This document shows positions 40,619 to 42,518 of a DNA stretch of 42,518 nucleotides, one piece after another. The stretch is from Polyangiaceae bacterium. Its GTDB lineage: Bacteria; Myxococcota_A; Polyangia; Polyangiales; Polyangiaceae. The stretch spans positions 1 through 42,518 of the forward strand of contig JBGANF010000061.1 of the NCBI GenBank assembly GCA_044222475.1. The letters run 5' to 3'. The position numbers and the translations under genes were made by a program. Each line of letters begins with the position of its first letter. Position 1 is the stretch's first letter. The notes under the pieces are model-generated. The model searched no databases. It saw only the letters and a program-made list of their open reading frames with translations, and had not been told where the DNA came from.

Positions 40619-41049
40619 TCGCTCGGGACCAGCTCGAACGCGGTCTCGTAGCGGCGGCCCACCCGAATGGCAGCGAAGTCGCGGCGGTCGCTCGTGAGAA
40701 TGCGCTTGATCCGGCGCCGCTCGGCGACCGCGGCAACGGTCCCATCGACGAGCCCGAGCTCGAGGTTTGGGAACTTCGCGTCGAGGGTGAGCGCGCGCAC
40801 GACATCGATCGGGAACACGGGCTCCAGCTCGTACGTGGTCTTCGGATCGAAGATCTCGGCGACGAGCCTCCGCATCGCCGCCCGCTCCTTGCGGAGGAAG
40901 TAGTCGACCTCGGCGAGCACGAGCGCCGGAACGACGACTGCGTGTGCGCGCACGAGCGCCTCGGCGTACGTGGGCCAGGATGCTCTCCCGCGCTCGTCCT
41001 TTGCGAGTGCGCGGAGCAAACCGCCCGTGTCGGCGACCAGCGCCCTCAC
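40615..41049 (-). CDS. vapC: PIN-domain toxin (VapC family)
   Basis: VADTG, VLAEVDY, LGLVD, ILTSDRRDF acidic PIN residues. Confidence 0.9.
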   Translation of the reverse strand: MRALVADTGGLLRALAKDERGRASWPTYAEALVRAHAVVVPALVLAEVDYFLRKERAAMRRLVAEIFDPKTTYELEPVFPIDVVRALTLDAKFPNLELGLVDGTVAAVAERRRIKRILTSDRRDFAAIRVGRRYETAFELVPSE

Positions 41050-41276
41050 TCGTCGTCGAGGTCGCGAAAGAGCTCGGACTCGTCACCGAGTTTGGTGTCG
41101 GTGGACACGAACAGGCCGGTCGTCGGTGGGCGCTTGCCTCGGTAGTACTTGGAGGCGACCAGTCGGAGGCCGCGACGAATGAGGTCCGACGTCTCGAGAC
41201 CGTCGGCCTTGGCTCGGGCGAGTGCTTTGGCGTCTTCGCCGCTGAGCCGGACCGTCGTCGTCAATCGCGGTGCCAT
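41046..41276 (-). CDS. vapB: Ribbon-helix-helix antitoxin (VapB/CopG-like)
   Basis: TTTVRL..EDAKAL...SDLIRRGL; 76 aa with acidic tail; GTGA overlap with vapC. Confidence 0.8.
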   Translation of the reverse strand: MAPRLTTTVRLSGEDAKALARAKADGLETSDLIRRGLRLVASKYYRGKRPPTTGLFVSTDTKLGDESELFRDLDDE

Positions 41277-41282
41277 ACGTTA

Positions 41283-41311
41283 GACATACAGCGCGTCCAG
41301 CGGAGCGTCAA
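41283..41311 (-). promoter_or_regulatory. Sigma70-type promoter of vapBC (probably leaderless)
   Basis: TTGACG-17nt-TATGTC, then 6 nt to ATG41276; GTATG direct repeat across the -10/start region. Confidence 0.6.
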
Positions 41312-41317
41312 CTTGGC

Positions 41318-42319
41318 TCACTTCGGCCGCGTCGCGCGGTAGACGTCGTATGACGTCCCGCTCGCACCATCGAATTTCTCGGCGGTGAGGTAGTTGAGCG
41401 TGCAGCCGTCGGCGGAGAGCCACAGCGGCGTGTCGATGAGGTTGCTGTTGAGCTCCGAGACGAGCGTGGCGGTACCGAACCCGTCGTTCTTCGTCGACCT
41501 CGTGGCGTGATAGATGTCGTGACCACCTTTTCCGCCTGGCCGATTCGAGCTGAAGAAGATCTCGAGCTCGTCCGCCGTGAGCACCGCCGACCCCTCCGTG
41601 GACGTCGAGTTGACGCCTGGCACGAGAACGGGTGTACCAAACGGGGACTTGGAGTCTCCGCGTACGGCGCGCCAAATGTCGCCGCTGCCCGTCGTCCCAG
41701 TGCGGTCGGAGGCGAGGTAGAGCACGAGCCCATCCTTGCTGATCCAAGAGACGTAGTCGTCCTGAGCGGAGTTCAACGTCGAGGGCGACGGAGTACCGAA
41801 GTCGACCGCGGTCGAGCTCCGCGTCGAGACGAGGATCTCGTAGTTGCCGCTCAATCGATAGAAGTACAGCTCGAGACCGTCGTCGCTGACCACCGCCCCC
41901 CGCTCCATCGCTGCAGTGTTGAGCTTGAGCGGCGTGAGAGCGCCCCATGGGTCGTTCGTCGTGACGCGCGAGAGGGTGAAGAGATCGTAGCCGCCAGCAC
42001 CAGCGTCGCTGCCCGCGATCGACGCGTAGGCGGTCCGTTGGTCCGACGAGAGCCAAAACCCATCCTCCGAGACGTTCGGAGTGCCGAGAAGAACATCAGG
42101 GGTACCAAACGGTTTCGTCCGATCGCACGCGGGTGCGGCGTCGATTCCGGAGTCCGTCACTGCGTCGGGCGCCGCATCGACCGTCTGTGACACGTCCGGC
42201 CCGGCATCCGCCGGCGCCGGCGTCGTCGAGTCGCCGACGCAGGCTGCCGCTCCCAGCGCACCGGCCCCTGCGACGAGCCCGAGCACGATCCACCCACGCG
42301 TGCCGACGGTGATCCCCAT
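41318..42319 (-). CDS. PD40/TolB-like beta-propeller lipoprotein
   Basis: AAAC lipobox, DAG linker; repeated (L/V/I)SxDGLxLYF.S.R...DI units. Confidence 0.85.
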   Translation of the reverse strand: MGITVGTRGWIVLGLVAGAGALGAAACVGDSTTPAPADAGPDVSQTVDAAPDAVTDSGIDAAPACDRTKPFGTPDVLLGTPNVSEDGFWLSSDQRTAYASIAGSDAGAGGYDLFTLSRVTTNDPWGALTPLKLNTAAMERGAVVSDDGLELYFYRLSGNYEILVSTRSSTAVDFGTPSPSTLNSAQDDYVSWISKDGLVLYLASDRTGTTGSGDIWRAVRGDSKSPFGTPVLVPGVNSTSTEGSAVLTADELEIFFSSNRPGGKGGHDIYHATRSTKNDGFGTATLVSELNSNLIDTPLWLSADGCTLNYLTAEKFDGASGTSYDVYRATRPK

Positions 42320-42425
42320 GCGTCGAGAGTCCCTTAAATCCGTAGTGTGTTCAACAGGCGGGAATCGCCCCGGACCACCGGGCGTTTACTTCCGACGGCG
42401 CGGGTCGTAGATCCGCGTACGCCCC

Positions 42426-42518
42426 ATGCGTTTCGTCGCCGTCGCCCTCTGCTGCGCTCTGCTCACGCTCGCGTCCTCGAGCGCCGAGGCCGCGGGCGCA
42501 TTCGCGACCGCGCTGCCG
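42426..42518 (+). CDS. Partial CDS, exported protein (signal peptide only)
   Basis: MRFVAVALCCALLTLASSSAEA with an AxA cleavage site; runs off the window. Confidence 0.6.
   Translation, partial: MRFVAVALCCALLTLASSSAEAAGAFATALP

Overview
GC-rich, gene-dense bacterial chromosomal window with about 45 CDS. It is inferred to be myxobacterial (Polyangiales-like) because of the many lipoproteins with DAG/DSG/PDGG linkers, Cys-rich repeats and a vWA lipoprotein. Housekeeping genes include pyrD, ald, a leuB-like dehydrogenase, mntP, glmS, dtd, bcp and mutM. It also carries a MoxR-DUF58-transglutaminase operon, a phosphoesterase operon, tandem cupredoxin lipoproteins, a GH31 hydrolase and a vapBC toxin-antitoxin pair. 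The most unusual part is a lower-GC, minus-strand three-gene operon directly downstream of glmS (23181-28566). Its first gene encodes a ~1180-aa S1-protease/TSP3-repeat exported protein whose SD, ATG and signal peptide are put out of frame by a G10 homopolymer (candidate phase-variation switch, OFF state). That gene is followed by a coupled 454-aa lipoprotein and a disrupted small lipoprotein gene. A second pattern is a TAnnnT hexamer 6-8 nt before many SD-less start codons, suggesting widespread leaderless transcription. No rRNA, tRNA, CRISPR array, transposase or integrase was seen. All product calls come from motif recognition by eye, not database searches.
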